The translations under genes and the position numbers were made by a program. A stretch of DNA of 64,000 nt from Isurus oxyrinchus. Its lineage: Eukaryota. Positions 43,001 to 58,000 of the stretch are shown here, piece by piece (position 1 is the stretch's first letter; each line of letters begins with the position of its first letter). The DNA lies in the NCBI GenBank assembly GCA_026770705.1, contig JANJGN010000034.1, positions 7,130,001 to 7,194,000 of the forward strand. The letters are read 5' to 3'. The notes below the pieces were generated by a model. The model was given only the letters and a program-made list of their open reading frames with translations, was not told the DNA's origin and searched no databases.

Positions 43001-46000
43001 AGTGCATAAAACAAGGCCAGATCTGCCCTTGAACTTGGACGTAAATGACCCAATGCTATATTTGAAAGAAACAAAGCGAAGTTTTAACCCGATTTCCTGG
43101 TGAACAATAACCGCTTAATTAAACCTCACATAACAAGGGTGTTTCTGTGGTCTTGGGGTCACTGGTGAGTCAGGCAGAACAAGTATCTGTGCCGAAACAG
43201 TTCAATCAGAGTGGCTATTATTTCACTAGCTTTAGGTTGGCAGATGGATCGGACGGACAATTGACATAAGACGTCTTACGCAGAAAATTGTGATTACATC
43301 ATTTTTGTGGGAAGGACGAGGCGAGACAATGCAAGATAAAGTATCAAAGTCTAAATGGACTTCAGGGTGATTACCCCTAGATGTCAATTTGCACAAATTG
43401 CTCAGGGTAATAAGGCAGGTTGAATAGGTAGTAAAAAAATACAAAAACCGGCCGTAAACTTAATAAAGAGTGTCACATTGCACAAAGACATGTAGGTTGC
43501 AATAAATGTATAAAATACTGGGCGGGCCTCAATTTGACAATTGTTTCCAATTCTAGACAACATTCTTGAGGAAAATCTGTAGGCCTTATAGAGTGTGCAC
43601 AAGTAAATTTTTAAAATGATTCCAGGGATGAGGAGCTGAACTGACGTGAGTGGTTTGGACAGGTGTTCTTCACCTTGGTGAACAGAATATTAAGAAAAAC
43701 TTTGATAGAGGTGAATATAATCATTAGGATCCAGGAGAGAGTAAACACGAGAGAGATGTTCCATTGGCAGGAATGGTCGACAGTCAGTAGAAACCAAGTT
43801 AAGGCAATTGACATCATAAACATTGGTACCATGAGGGAGACATTTGTTTTTCCTGCGACTGCTTAGGATTTGGATTACGCTGCTAATGGTGTCGTGGAGG
43901 CATGGTCTATAGACGTTTTCAACAGAGTATTAAATAATTATATCAAGAAGAGAGTTACTTCGGAGGAGTGTTACTTAAAATTGCGGGCAGTGGGATGAAA
44001 TGAAATTAATAGAGAGATCCAGCACAGTCTCGATGTGTTGGATGGTCTCTCTCTCTACTTGTCTGGCTCTCTCTCTCTCCCTCTCCCTCTCTACCTCACT
44101 CCCTATATGTTATATAGCTGATTAGATACATGGTTAGACAGATATATAGATTCAGAGAGAGAAAAATAGATTGATAGAGAGAAAAATAGTTTGATAGAGA
44201 GAAAATAGATTGATAGAGAGAAAAATAGATTTATAGAGAGAAAAAATAGATTGATGGAGAGAAAAAATAGATTGATAAAGAGAAAAGTAGATTAATAGAG
44301 AGAAAAGTAGATTGATAGAGANNNNNNNNNNNNNNNNNNNNNNNNNNNNNNNNNNNNNNNNNNNNNNNNNNNNNNNNNNNNNNNNNNNNNNNNNNNNNNN
44401 NNNNNNNNNNNNNNNNNNNNNNNNNNNNNNNNNNNNNNNNNNNNNNNNNNNNNNNNNNNNNNNNNNNNNNNNNNNNNNNNNNNNNNNNNNNNNNNNNNNN
44501 NNNNNNNNNNNNNNNNNNNNNNNNNNNNNNNNNNNNNNNNNNNNNNNNNNNNNNNNNNNNNNNNNGGATAGATAGGTCGACTAACAGACAGAGAGCTCGA
44601 TAGATAGATAGCAATTGGCGCTGATAATATTGGACAATTATTTAACATTTCCGAATGACGCAAGGCATGGAGATGCAGCAAACAAACAGGTTGATAGCAA
44701 GTGACTGCACCAAGACATACATAGTCGAGCAGCATAGGCATCAAGTGGCGGATCGAAATTAATGCCCATAACTCTAAGTGAGGCATTTTGGCAAAAGCGA
44801 TAGAGGAGGGTAAATGCACTTATTGAAACGATTCCTAAGTGTGCAACTGAATAGGTAAAGAGGAGAGTTTTTATAAGTTGTCTTGAAATATTACAAGGGT
44901 AGCTAGCAATTTATTTGAATTCTTGGGCTTTATAAGTGGAGGCATTCAGCACAAAAGTAGAAAATTGTGCATAACCGTTTGTAAACCTGCTAAGACGCAG
45001 TTAACGCTGTTGCATCCGGTTATCAACGTATATTTGGAAGGAGTCACTGATCATTAAGAGGTTGCTGAAGAGATTTGGCAGAATGTTTCCATGCATAAGT
45101 GAATTTAACGATCATGGAAGATTGGTGGTCGAATTTTTGTTTTCCTTAGAGCATAGAAGGCTGAGAGGAGATCTATAAGTTAATGTCAAGTTTAGGTAAG
45201 GGAGACAAAGAGATCCAGTTCCGATTCACTTAAGGTACAGGGATGAGGAGGACACATTTTTCCGCTTTGTGCAAGCATTGATTAGAACATTTCAGATATG
45301 TTGGCTTTGCAAGCAATGCTTACATGCCAAGGACGAATGCAACTATATATTTAAAAAAAAACAGATGACGGGGAGGACTTTTGTTAGTTACAGCTGATTT
45401 TGTGTAACTCACCTTCTAGCAAGTTTTTGAAATATTACTCATTTAATAATTTCCAAATGATTTTAAATTGGCACTTGAGCTGCAAAAAATCGACAGGCAG
45501 AAGGTGATAGTGTGGGAAAACAGGAATGAGTGCTTGGCTATGGTGAATGCCGCATGAGTCCCATCAGACATAGGGCATCTGTCGCTCCAGACCTGTGACC
45601 CGATACCTACAATGTGCCTGTAACTTGCCATCCACAATGGTCACTCAGTTGTATAAAAAGTGCGACAGAAAATTGGATAAGGGCCACAACTGGAGAGACA
45701 TCTCAGGATCGAAATAGACACCGGGTAAAACAATGACAAATTCAGCCCTGCCCACCCTGCTAAGATATCTTTACTAACAACTGGAGGCTGGTGCCAACAG
45801 TGAGAGAGATATCCCACAGGCCAGTCAAACAACAGTCATATTTATTATCAGGGATTCACCGTACCTGTCAAAGGCATGACAGGCCCAGTAGTGGACAGGC
45901 CCAGCCTAGATGGCGGCGGTATACAGTGAGGAGGAAGCTGCATTAGGGTCCCTTAACACCAACTCTGAACCCCATGAAGTCACATGACATCACGCTAAAC

Positions 46001-49000
46001 ATGGGCAAGTAAACTTCCTGCTGATTACCTCGTACCAAATTCCACCCCCACCCTTGCAACTGATGAATCAGTACTCCGCCATGTTACACATCACTTGGAG
46101 AAGCATTGAGGGCGGCAATGGCGGACAATTAACTTCAATCACTAACACCAAAAAAGGCTTCGTAGCACCACTGTGTACCGAGCCAGATGAGTGTGAAAGG
46201 ATATAGGTGCTAGGCTGGGTCTATGGCAGCTTTTGAAGGAGCAAACATGAGGCGGAATCATACTTGGCCTCATCCTCAGGAACCTGCCTGCTGCTGGGGC
46301 GTCTGTCCTTTAAAGTATCGGTAGCAGTATACCATCTAACGTGTGGTGCCGCACTACCACCGTGCCAAAGAGGATAAATTAGGAACAGATCAAGCATGTC
46401 AAGGCGAGGTAGACAGACAGCAAAGCAGCACGTGATAGACAGAACCTAGCCATTCCACTACCAACGGAGCAGATCTAAGCTCTGCAGTGCTGTCACGTCC
46501 AGTCGTGAATGGTGGTGGGCAATTAAATAATACACCAGGAAAAAATCCACAAATATCTCCATGCTTATTGATGTGGGCCATCGGCAGTAGCAGAACTGTA
46601 CTCAATCACAATGTATAACCTCATGGCCCTGCATATCTGACACTGTGCAATTACCAGCCAGCCTGGGTATCCACCCTGTTCAATGAAGATTGCAAAGAGG
46701 AATTCCAGGAGCAGTACCAGGCATGCCTATAAATGAAGCGCCAACCGGGTGTAGCGACATAGCAGATTCACTTGCATGCCAGACAGCATAAGCAGCACAT
46801 GATACACAGAGCTAAGCCATTCCACTACAAACGGAGCAGATCTAACCTCTGCAGCGCTGTCACATCCAGTCCTGAATGCCACAGGGCAATTAAATAACGC
46901 ACCGGAAAAAGATCCATCAATGTCTCCATGCTTATTGATGATATAGTGCCAGACATCGGGGCAAAATATAAGGCTGAAACATTTGCAATAAGTGTGAGGG
47001 GGGGCATGTCGGCCCCCTCTAGAGATACCCATCATTGCAGATGCCAGCCTTCAGCTAATTCGATTCACCCCACTTGCGACAATGAAATGACTGAAGGCGC
47101 TGGATGCTGCAAAAGCTAGGGGCACTGACAATATTCCGGTAGGATTATTGAGGACATGATCAAGAACTTTTTGCACCCTTAGCCAGGCTGTTCTAGTACG
47201 GCTACAGAACTGACATCTACCTGGCAATGTAGTTATTTGCCAAGGTATGTCCTGTGCACACAAAGCAGGGCAAATCCAAACCAGCCAATTACCGTTCCAT
47301 CTGTATACTCTCGATCATCAGAGAAATTTGGAAAGGGTCGGGAACTGTTATCACACGGCACTTGCTCAGCAATTTGTTCATTGCTCAGTTTGGGTTCCGC
47401 CAGTGTCCCTCAGTTCCTGACCTCATTACAGACTTGTTTTAAACATGGACAAAAGAGCTGAAATCCAGTGGTGAGATGAGAGTGATTGCACTTGACATCA
47501 AGGTAGAATTTGTCCGATTCTTCCATCAAGGAATATTAGCAAAATTGAAGTCAGTGGCAATCAGGGAGAAAACCCTGCATTGGCTGAGGTCATACCAAGC
47601 AGGAAGAAAGATTGTTGTCATTGTTGGTGGTCAATAACCAACAGTTAAAGGGCATCACTACAGGAGTTCCTCAGGGTAGTGTTCTAGGCCCAATCTTTTT
47701 CAGCTGCTTTTTCAAGGAACTTCCTTCCATCATAAGTTCAGAAGTGGGGGTATTGGCTGATGATCACACAATCTACAACACCATTCATGACGCCTTAAGT
47801 ACTCAAACAGTCAATTTCCAAATGCAGCAAGACAAGTGCCAAGCAATGACCACCTTAATCAAGACATTATCAAACCATTGCCTTATGAAAATCAATGGCA
47901 AATGCTACAAGAGCAGATCAGATGCTGGGAACATGGCAAATTGTAATTCATCTCCTGAGTCCTGAAAGCCTGTCAACAATCTACAAGGCACAATTAATCT
48001 TTGTGATTGAATACTCCTCAGTTGCCTGACTGCATGTAGTTCCAACAACACTCAAGAACCTTGACAACACCCTTGGGAAAACAGCCCACTCGATTGGCAT
48101 TCCGTACACACACATTCACCCCATCCAGCCTCGATGGACAGTGGCATCACTGAATACTATCTGCAAAATGCACTGCAGGAACTCATCAAGTCTCCTTTGG
48201 CAGCACCTTCCAAACCAGCGTTCGCTGCCATCTAGAAGGAGAAAGGCAGCAGGTATATGGGAACAACACCAATTTAAAATTCCGCCAGAAACCACTCATC
48301 ATCCTGACTTGAAATATGTCGCGATTCCTTCACTGTCATAGGATCAAAATGATGGAACTCCCTCACTAACAACACCGTGGATAGACCTACTTCAGAATGA
48401 CAGTAGTGCTTCAAGAAAGCAGCTCACCGCCTCCTTCTCAAGGAAAGTTAGGGATGAGAAGTAAATGATGTTCTCACCAGCGAAGCCCAGGTCACATGAA
48501 TCAATTAAAAAAGGACAAAATAGAGGCTTTCCGGTCACTTTCAGGCTAATTTGTGAATGTTATAAGGAAAACAGATGTCATTTCTCATGCACAGCAACAG
48601 TAACCACGCTTCTAAATTCTACATTGCCTGTCTCGTACTACGGGAAATTCTGTGTTTGTAAAATGATCTATATATTTGTAGTTCCTTCTGCCCTTCGTAA
48701 GGGGACCTGGATATGCCAGTTAATACTGTCAAGCCAATAGTGCTCTGATTGATTTCGTCTGGAAATTTCCTTTTGTCAGGCTGCATTTAAGTTCCATGTC
48801 CATTTATAAATTCAAATTAGGAAAAAACTCAGATTGTGCAGTTACGTTTTGCTGCCCATATACCTCTGACAGACTTTACATGCAGTGCATGTAGACTGCT
48901 ACTATTCATGCACTTTGCTTAAACCAAACATCGATTACATAATTCGCTTCTCGTGTTGCGGAGTTTGGATCATATTTAGATTTCAATGTTATTTCCGGTT

Positions 49001-52000
49001 TCAAGATTATGCACACATATAGCAAAACAGAGGTACCAGCGAAGACATGGAAACCATGATATTAGAACTGAGTGGTCTATATTTTCTGAAAGATTGGCGT
49101 GGCTATCTAGAAAACTGAAGTCTGAACGGTGAGCTGACAGGAGTCGTTACAATTATACAAGTTTTTCAGAAGGAATCCAGAACATGGGCCTCTGAATAAA
49201 ATGAAGTCACTAAGAATTATTGGTAAATGCCAAGGATATATCCACTCACATGCTATTTATAATAGCAGAATCAGTACTGCAAGGTGCACTAATGTAAAAG
49301 CCAAATTTGCATGTAATGGCAAGTGGACGAGAGAGAATGATGTTGAATGACAGTCCTATGGGGTTCTTGGAAGCTAGTCGGAGGGGCTCTTGTGGAACAT
49401 AAGAACATCAGCAGCGATTGGATGGGATGAAGGCCTGATCCCATGCTATTAAATGGATCTAAATCTAAGAAACAATGAACAGGAGAATTCAAGAAAACGG
49501 GGCCAACAATATAGCATGGGGCAGGAGATTTTTTATGATCCTCTATCAGTAAGACATTTGCCAACATCCACCGCAACAATGATTGGACCTAGTGCACCAC
49601 AAGTCATGACTCTTAATTTGAATTTAATTGCTCAGTTTTAATGTAACAGGCCATCTAAAATGCATTGCAATAATGGCTTAAATTGACAAACTATCTATGT
49701 TCGAACATTCCTCCTCCCTACAGACTTGAGCAGAATGATTTAGTCTGAGACCCCAATGCAGTGGCGGAGGACTGGACTAATGGAATTTAAGCATTTTGAT
49801 GGAAAACATTTAACTGAGCACTGTCTCTCCTCTGGATTGGCGGGATTTTTTTCTTAATTTGATTCTATGGTTCTGTTGGAGGAGTACCGGAAGCTATCGA
49901 ATGTGCCCTGGCCAAAATTTAATCGTCCATCAATGTAAAAAAAAATGGTGATTCGGCTAGATCTTATTATTGCCTGTGGGAGCATATGGCGTGCGAACTG
50001 CTTGAACTTTGTTCTGCATTACAGCATTACTTCAGCAGAATGATATTGGCTGCAAAGGAGTTTTGGAAGCCTTAAAGTCATGATAGGCGCTGTCGAAACG
50101 AACGTCTTTTTTTTTCTCTTGCAGAAGCAGATCTTGGGGTCAAAGATTCAGGTAAGCAACATGATTTATTCTGCACTGCCCTTCTCTTACCAGCGTTGGC
50201 TCAGCCTGTAACACTCTCAATATGAGTTTGGATCTGATGGTTTCAAATGTAACTCCAATTCCTGATAACAAAGACTTGACTGACACTGTTGGCCGCCAAT
50301 AATATAAGAGTACTGCCTGCCAGGCGTGTCATCTCTAAGGCAAGATGTTAAAGGAAGACAATATTTCCCAACTCAGCAAGACATATTTCGATGCATATTT
50401 AAGGGTTGCCTCCAATGTATTGGTATGATTGACACTCAAATCAACAGTGATTCATGCAGAAATCATGTTTACTGTTGAATTTTTATTTGTGGGAATTGCT
50501 ACTTCATTTCCTACATCACAGCAACAACTACAATTCTCAAGAGTCCAATATTGGAGGAAAATTTCTTTGAGATTTTCTGAATTCATGGATGAAATTATAT
50601 AACTCAAGGCCCTTCTCCGGTCAGTTTCTGACGATATGCTAATGACTATCCTTGAGCTGGATCTGGAGCGGCAGCAATGATGCTGTAAGTGACAAAATTA
50701 TTGGAGAAAACCAAATGAAAGCGATTGATAAAATGTTTTCATGCTCATTTTCAGAAAAAAATGATCTCCAGACTAAACTTCAAAAATGCGGTGAGTAAAT
50801 ATTTAAAAGGTCAGAAAACCAGAGCCCTTAGTGAAATATTATTGGATTTTTATGTGGAAATGATAGAATTGAACTCACAGCAATGTATAGCCTCCGACTC
50901 CCCATGACCCTGAATTGCATGAAGTGGTTCTGGAAAAGTGAATGATTGAGTAAAGGCCAGCAGGATTTCAGCATGCAGATCTTAAACATCTACCTGAAAT
51001 GGTGGCCATACTTCAACGATGATCATTTGTAAGATAAGAGCTCAATCAGTGAGATTAGTAATAGTTAAGTTTCGGTACAGTTAATGTCGTGTGTTCTTGT
51101 GGTCAGCCACAACGATTAAGCGGTTGTGGAGAGTTTGGCTAGAGATACGTACGGATTTAGATACTGTCAGCTCTGTGCACGTGTTTCTACAGGTAAGGGC
51201 CACTCTGGGTGAGACCAGCTATGGATGGCGTCTGTTATGAGTGAGGTAGGCTTGAGGGGGCTGACTATAGCTGAGTCGGTGGAGGGAGAAGTCCGCTCTT
51301 TGTGTGGCTGGATCTGGCTGAATTGGGAACTAGACGAGTTTGGCCATGATTGAGCCTGCTTCTACGTGTGATCCACGATGATTCACAGCCTGTATTTTTT
51401 ATATGAATTATATGTGCTGGCCTTTATGCGTACAACCGTGTATTAGTGAGTTCGAATGCAGTTGAGCTTGAGGAAGCTTGACATCGGTCTTACACTATGG
51501 AATCATCTTAGAGGTCCAGTATGATCAGGCTGCATAGGTTTGAGTCAGCTATTCGCGATTTCGTGTATCTTTGAGGTGTAGTCATTAAGTGTGCAACATC
51601 TGTTGGTGCACAATAGCATAGGAAGCATAATTTTTGTGGGAGGTCTAATTTGAATGAGGTCAAGCATATGTGATATGGATAAGTATAAGCTGATATGAAT
51701 GAGATCAGATAGTGTTGAGTTGGTGAAGTGGCAAGTTAAGCTAGGGATAATGTAGGGTATGGATGCGATCGCACCAATGAGAATTAAGGTCATGTGGAAT
51801 CAACTTTTCCCGAGAGATTGTGCCGGTGAATTCTGTAATAGTCGAAGATCGGGACAAGTATGTTTGAGTACAGACACTATCACGTTTGTTTCAGGATGGA
51901 GAAAAGGAATTGGGCATGGGTAATATATTGTAAGCTTGATGTCGATAAACTCAGTTTTGCAATGGTGCGATCGCATATGGGATTGAGATCAGGTAAGAGT

Positions 52001-55000
52001 TACATCGTGTTTGGTTGGTGTTAGGCACGAGTGAGAGACAGACTTTTTTTGTGTATGATTGGACATCTGTGAGACCAATCCGTGCAGAGGTCGGAAATGA
52101 ATGTAGAAACCCCTGGAAATATTCAGCAGATCGCGAGAATATTCCAGGTGGGAGGAACAAACGTTGAAGTTTCAGGTCGAAGAGCCTTTCCAGCAAGCAG
52201 AAAGGGTCACATGGCACAATTTTTTAAAAGCACAGGAGTGTCGTAGCCAGTATTTATGGTTATCCAACAAAATAAAAGCAGCATTGCGTTTTTGTGGGTG
52301 GTGGTAATGGATGGGGTGTGGGTTGGCTGGTAGGGGGAGGTCGTGGCTAATTGGCTGCTGCATCACATACATTACCATTGTGGTTACAATTAAGATGTTT
52401 GTTATTGCGAAACACTTTGGAATGGCTGTGGTTGTGACGTCAATGACCAAGCTCAATGCTCTACTTAAATTAATACTTGCATCCAATGATAATGATAATG
52501 TTGACATGTTTGCAACATTGAAGCTATGAACCAGCTTAGCTACATCCAATGATAACTAAATACAAATTTCTAACATGTGAGGGGCTTCAATTATTTCAGA
52601 ATCAGTGATTTTAACTTTCACCTTTTGACAGAAGAGAACCTAAGAGCAGTAGAAAAAGGTAATGTGCTTAACAACTTCTTGTGTTAAAGAGATGCCAATT
52701 AGTTATGTATGTGATAATTGATTATTTCAGCCATTCTCCAAAGCGAATTATTATAAATTATTGCAAAAGCTATCAACTCAGCAATGCCGCATGAAGGAGT
52801 TTGGCAGAATATGTGTGGAGAAGATGATTTGTGGGAGATTCATAAACAAACACATATAACATAGTCTGATATGAATCCAATATGGAATTCACGAACTTTA
52901 TCTTTATACAGAGAATGTCCAACCTCTAGGTGTATAGCACGATGTAGGGAAGGGAAGCTTGATAAATGCAAGTGGGAAAAAGAAAGAAAAGATATTCTTA
53001 ATAGGGTGAAATGAAGTAGGGTAGCTGGAGTACCATGCGAAATATAAATGCCAATGGGTGGAATGTCTGCATAATGGCCTCTTTTTGCTCTGAAAATGTA
53101 GTATAATTTTTCCATTTTGTGCGATTTAAAATGTGTATACCCAAAATTACCCCTCAATAGGCACTGGGCTGATTTTTGCTTCCCCTAACTGTAACAGATT
53201 ACCAAATGGTGCAGGGTATTGAACAGGCAAAAGTTGCATATCACCCTTTTTACGTTAGCTTCCAAAGTTAGACTTCCTCCTGCTGTTAGCTTTTTAGGAA
53301 GTTTATATTTTTTTTCAACACAGAAGACTGCAGGATATTAACTTTCTACAGAATATTGGAATACGAACTCTGAATCCAACCCTCTAACTAACAAGAATGG
53401 CAAGAATAACTTGCTCCTATATGGCACGGTTAACATTACAGAACGTCGGCAAATGCATCAAAATATCGTAGTAAACAAACAATTGATGGAGCTCTCTATA
53501 AGGCTACATTTGAACTCTTGGTGAAAAGTTTGATCAAAGAGTTAGGCACTAAGAGGCATCTTAAAAGGGGAAAGACGGGTAGAGGGGCATCTATTCGGAA
53601 AGGTTTACTGATTCTGTGATGCAGCAGCTGAATTCAGTGTTGCAATATTGTAGCAATTAATATCGGGGTGCATTAAATGGCTAGAATTACATTTTGGTGA
53701 GCTCAGGTGCAGAAAGAGATTAAAAAGCTAGCGATGGCTGAGGCCATCGAGGGAATTGGAACAAAAAGAATAAATTAGCATTTTAATACCAAGGCATCTC
53801 TTTCCCTGGAACTTGCTATATAGCTGTCGCTGTTACTTGATTGACTGAAATGAATTTTCTGTCTGCATTCATTATTTTGAATTGCATGAAGTTTGCTGCA
53901 CAGCAACAGGCAATTTGGCCCAAAAGGTCCAAGCTGACATGCATTCTCTGCTCGGGGAGCATCGTCGGATTGCAAGTGGGTTAGAATTTACAAATAGTGG
54001 AAATAATTTTAATTGCACGAAGAAGCTTGGTTCAAAACAATAAAGAGTTAACAGGTCCATATCGAAGAAGAACATATGCACTGGCACTGCAGAAGCTCGA
54101 AAAAAATACAATGCTGAAATGGGAACTCTGAGATCGTAACCATTCGCAATGAATGAGCAGACTGTTTTCCATAGTTGCAGAAAGCAGACGATGATGTGCT
54201 GGTCCTGATAGGTCATCGGACCAATGAAGAAATTTGGTAGTGTAAACATAAAGAAAATTCTTTGATGTGCAAGGGAATTGAGAAAGCGTACTTCAATGTA
54301 AAATCACCACTAATGCACCCTATCGAGGTTTTAGAGAACGTTTCTTTACAGTGAATAATGATACAGTGGAATTCGCTACAACAATGAGAGGCTGAAGCAA
54401 TAGCACACGATCGTTTAAAATCACAGATGACAATGAAATAATTGTTGCAAAGAGGGACATTCAGCCCGTTGTGTCAGCAGTCTGTCAGCGCATCCCTTGC
54501 AAGCTCCACTCTCCTTTCCTTGTTGCCCAGTACTTTCAACTCTTTGGATGTTTAACTAATTCCAGTTTGAAAGCCATTATTGAATCTACCTCGACTAAAT
54601 TTCAGGCATTGCATTGCAGATCTTAACCATTATTGTATGCCAAATAAATGTACTTCTTGTCGCCGTTCTAAGCATCCTAATTTTACGTTCGCTTGTTCTT
54701 GACTCTTCTACCAACTACAAAAATGAACATACGAACACACTAACCAGGGGCAGGGTTATTCCGTTGCCCCTTCAAGCTTGCTCCGCCAATCAGCAAGACT
54801 ACGCGTGATTGAATTGTAACCTCTTGCGCACTCACGGTAACCTTTCACCCCCTTGTTATTCATGAATCTACCTAGCTCTGCCTTTACAATAACAAAAGAC
54901 CCTGCTTCCACTGCCGTTTGAGGAAAACAGTTCCAAAAACTCTCGGCCTTCTGAGAATAAAAATCTTCTCACCTCTCTTTATAATGAGCAACACCTTATT

Positions 55001-58000
55001 TTTAAATGGGAACCCCTAGTTCTGGATTCTCCCATAAGAGGAAATATCCTCTCCACATGCACCCTGTCCAGACCCCTCAGGATCTTAAATATTTTGATAG
55101 TCACCTCTTACCCTCCTAAACTCAGGTTGATACAAGTTTAACCTGTCCAACCTTTCATCATCAGACAACCCGACAATTCCTGGTAATGGCTTAGTAAACC
55201 TTCTCTTAACTGCTTTTAATGCATTTACACATTTCCTGAAATTAGCAGGCCAATAACGTGCATGGCACTCCAGATGTGCGTTCACCAGTGCCCTATACAA
55301 ATGAAGGATAACCTTCCTGCTTTTGAGTCAATTCCCATCACAGTGAACTGTAAAATTCTATAGCTTTCTTAATTGATTGCTGTTCATGCATACTAGCATT
55401 TTCTGATTCATGCACTAGGGCACCCAGTTCCTTCCGAATTTCAGAGTTCTGCTGCCTCTCACGATTTAGATCATATGTTTTTTTTTCATTATCCCTGCCA
55501 AAAAGGACAATTTAGACTTTTCCCACTCTATAGTCTATTTGCCTGGTCTTTGCACTGTCACTTTCCTGTCGATATCGCTTTATATCCTCCTTACCTTCTC
55601 CCCATAACTTAGCTTCCTATCTATTTTTCTGTGGTCAGCAAATTTACCAACCACAAACATCTCGATCTACTCTGTGTCGAATCTCATAGTTGTATTCCTC
55701 TATCAAATCTCCTCTCAACCGTCTCTTCTTATAATTAAAATACACAATGTACTGAAATCTACCTATTAAGTCCCTCTTCCCTTATTCTTGCAAACGTTTT
55801 CTAAAATCTCTTTGAAAACTTTGGACCATTCCAAATTATGGGTTGTTGTTTTGACCGTGCAGTTCGTGCAGCTGAGTTATTTAAAAACCCCAAGTGAAAA
55901 CTTATAACAACTGTCATAACCTGTAATTTTAAGTGATATGTTTGACATGTAACTTTATATTCAGGAATGAGACCCCTTGTTCTCGAGAGGTTTTATATTC
56001 AACTAAATCAAAGGTCTTATTAATTTGCACAGGTTCAATATATGCACATGGCTACAAATGACTGCGATCATAAATTTTTACAAATTCCCAAACTAATATC
56101 CGTTAAGGCAACACGAACTCAAAGAATTAGCCAGGCAAAGCATGTTACGAATTGAAAATCAGGCTATTTTCACGTTGGTTCCTGTGGAAACAATTGGAGG
56201 CTTTCACCTGCTTTTGATCTCACATTACCTCTGCTCTACACACAGAAAACTGCTCAAGTTATTCTTAGCATCACTCATTGAATTTAATTTCTTACTGAAT
56301 CACTAGCCTTTTTGAACTCCAATTTTTAACAATAAAACACCTTTCATAGTATCAATTTTAGTAGTAATATAAACATGTTGCTAGGTACCTGCTGGCTAGG
56401 TGATAGTTTTCACCCCACTTCTTGAATGCTCTATCAAAGGATGCAAATAAATGCTATTTATCTTACATATCAAAACTAGTACACATCAAAGCGCCCATAC
56501 TAGGTGACTTTAATCCAGTTATGAGACACCAACAGGCTAAAACTCTACTTTAAGAGAACATTATTTGCCAGTAATAATATATACATTAATTACTTCACGA
56601 CAGTCAAATTATTGGACAAAATGCTGCAGTTGAGGCAGAACCAATGTTTTATAATTATTCATTGCAACTTCCTTGATTTTGTTCTCTTTCTTAAACTCAG
56701 GACCAAATATACTTTCTTTAAAAATTCTTCTCAACATGTCTAGCCGTTTAAACGATATGTTCACATATATCCCTAGATCGCTACCTTGCTGTGACCTTTT
56801 GATTTGTTACACTTTCGATTTCGTTACCTTCCATTGCTCTGCAGAGCAAAATATGTCAGCTCATGCATTTATTTTCTGCAATATATTTCCCCTACAATGT
56901 GCCTCTCCCTTCCACGAGCTGGCCTCTGGTGAACAAGTGGAGCTCAAGAACACAAATCTAAAAACAGGCAAATGATAAAAATAATATGAACGGAACTCAT
57001 ATTAAAATGAGTTAAAGGGCATGCCCAGTAACGTGAAATGGTCCAAGGCAGCTTTAGGCTAATAATCGTGGAGCGGAATCAGGCACAGTCAGGATTACTG
57101 AGGCATGCCTACAGGGCAATCCGGGCCAGGAAATTAAAATTGTAGTGTCTGTATATCGAAAAGATAGAGTGGGACCAAATGCTATCTGTATTAGCTGTGC
57201 TTATTCGAGATTATATTCTATTTTTTTTTTTAAATGCTGCAATTGATAGCAGACATTTTGAATATTTGTACTTGGAAATAAAAGATAAGAAAGGATCACT
57301 CATACCACCATGTCCCGTCTAAAATGCACTTCGCAGTCGGTAGTTGCAGTGAGAAAAATGTTGACAAACTAAGCAACTGAGTTAAAGAAAATAAAATGAC
57401 AATATGACGAAGTTCAATTGCCTTGATAATAATTTAACAGAAGAGTCGCTAAAGGAAGTAGAAATTAGAAATCCTTCAAAGTCCAGGGGGCCCCTTTCTC
57501 GCCGACTATCTCAAAATATCAAGCGAGTAAGGATTTGCTATCGATCTTCTAATGAATAATTGAACCAGGGTTCAATATGGTCAGTAAAAAAAAGCAAGAA
57601 ACCAGCTCGGCATTAATTACCGTAATTATGCTTAAGATGATGACAGGGGAGGTCATAAGAATAACAAAAGCGACTTTTAAAGGCTGAAGATCAGATGATT
57701 TTCAGGAGGTCGTTTAGAACTTCTGAAAATAACAATCAACAAATTGGTGAAGAGCAACATGGAATGACAATGGGAACATTAAAGAAACAAATTCAACAGA
57801 GCGCAGGCAAGAAGGAGAGAAGAAATCAAACATTGGTGAGAGATGAATGTTGCACAAAGGCAAAAGAAAGCAACTGACAATTAGGAAAGAGCTATATGAT
57901 AAGTACGTAGAAAGCATATACATGCTTAAGAAAGAATACCAAGAAATTAGGAGGATAGTCGAAAAAGCAGTTAAGACATCAAAGAGAAGCTATAAAATCA

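Larger units (their letters stand above)
28329..45287 (+). repeat. Unit of the older ~16.8-kb tandem duplication
   Basis: 36370-45287 is colinear with 19554-28328 (exon offsets 16684-16812); similarity stops after attagaa at 45287. Confidence 0.8.

Noticed and set aside
1-45290. Immunoglobulin/TCR cluster array (shark Ig clusters have a similar unit size)
   Set aside because: No V/C-domain exons or heptamer-spacer-nonamer recombination signals were seen; isolated cacagtg (e.g. ~16478) lacks a nonamer.
49093-49128. 36-nt AG..GT candidate exon
   Set aside because: In-frame TGA in phase 1, and the sequence resembles a CR1 tail.
52912-52929. 18-nt candidate exon ENVQPL
   Set aside because: Good acceptor but weak donor (gtgtat), atypical length and a proline; no paralog to support it.
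53324-53373. Candidate alternative terminal exon EDCRILTFYRILEYEL*
   Set aside because: Only an acceptor-like site supports it, and well-formed exons continue downstream.
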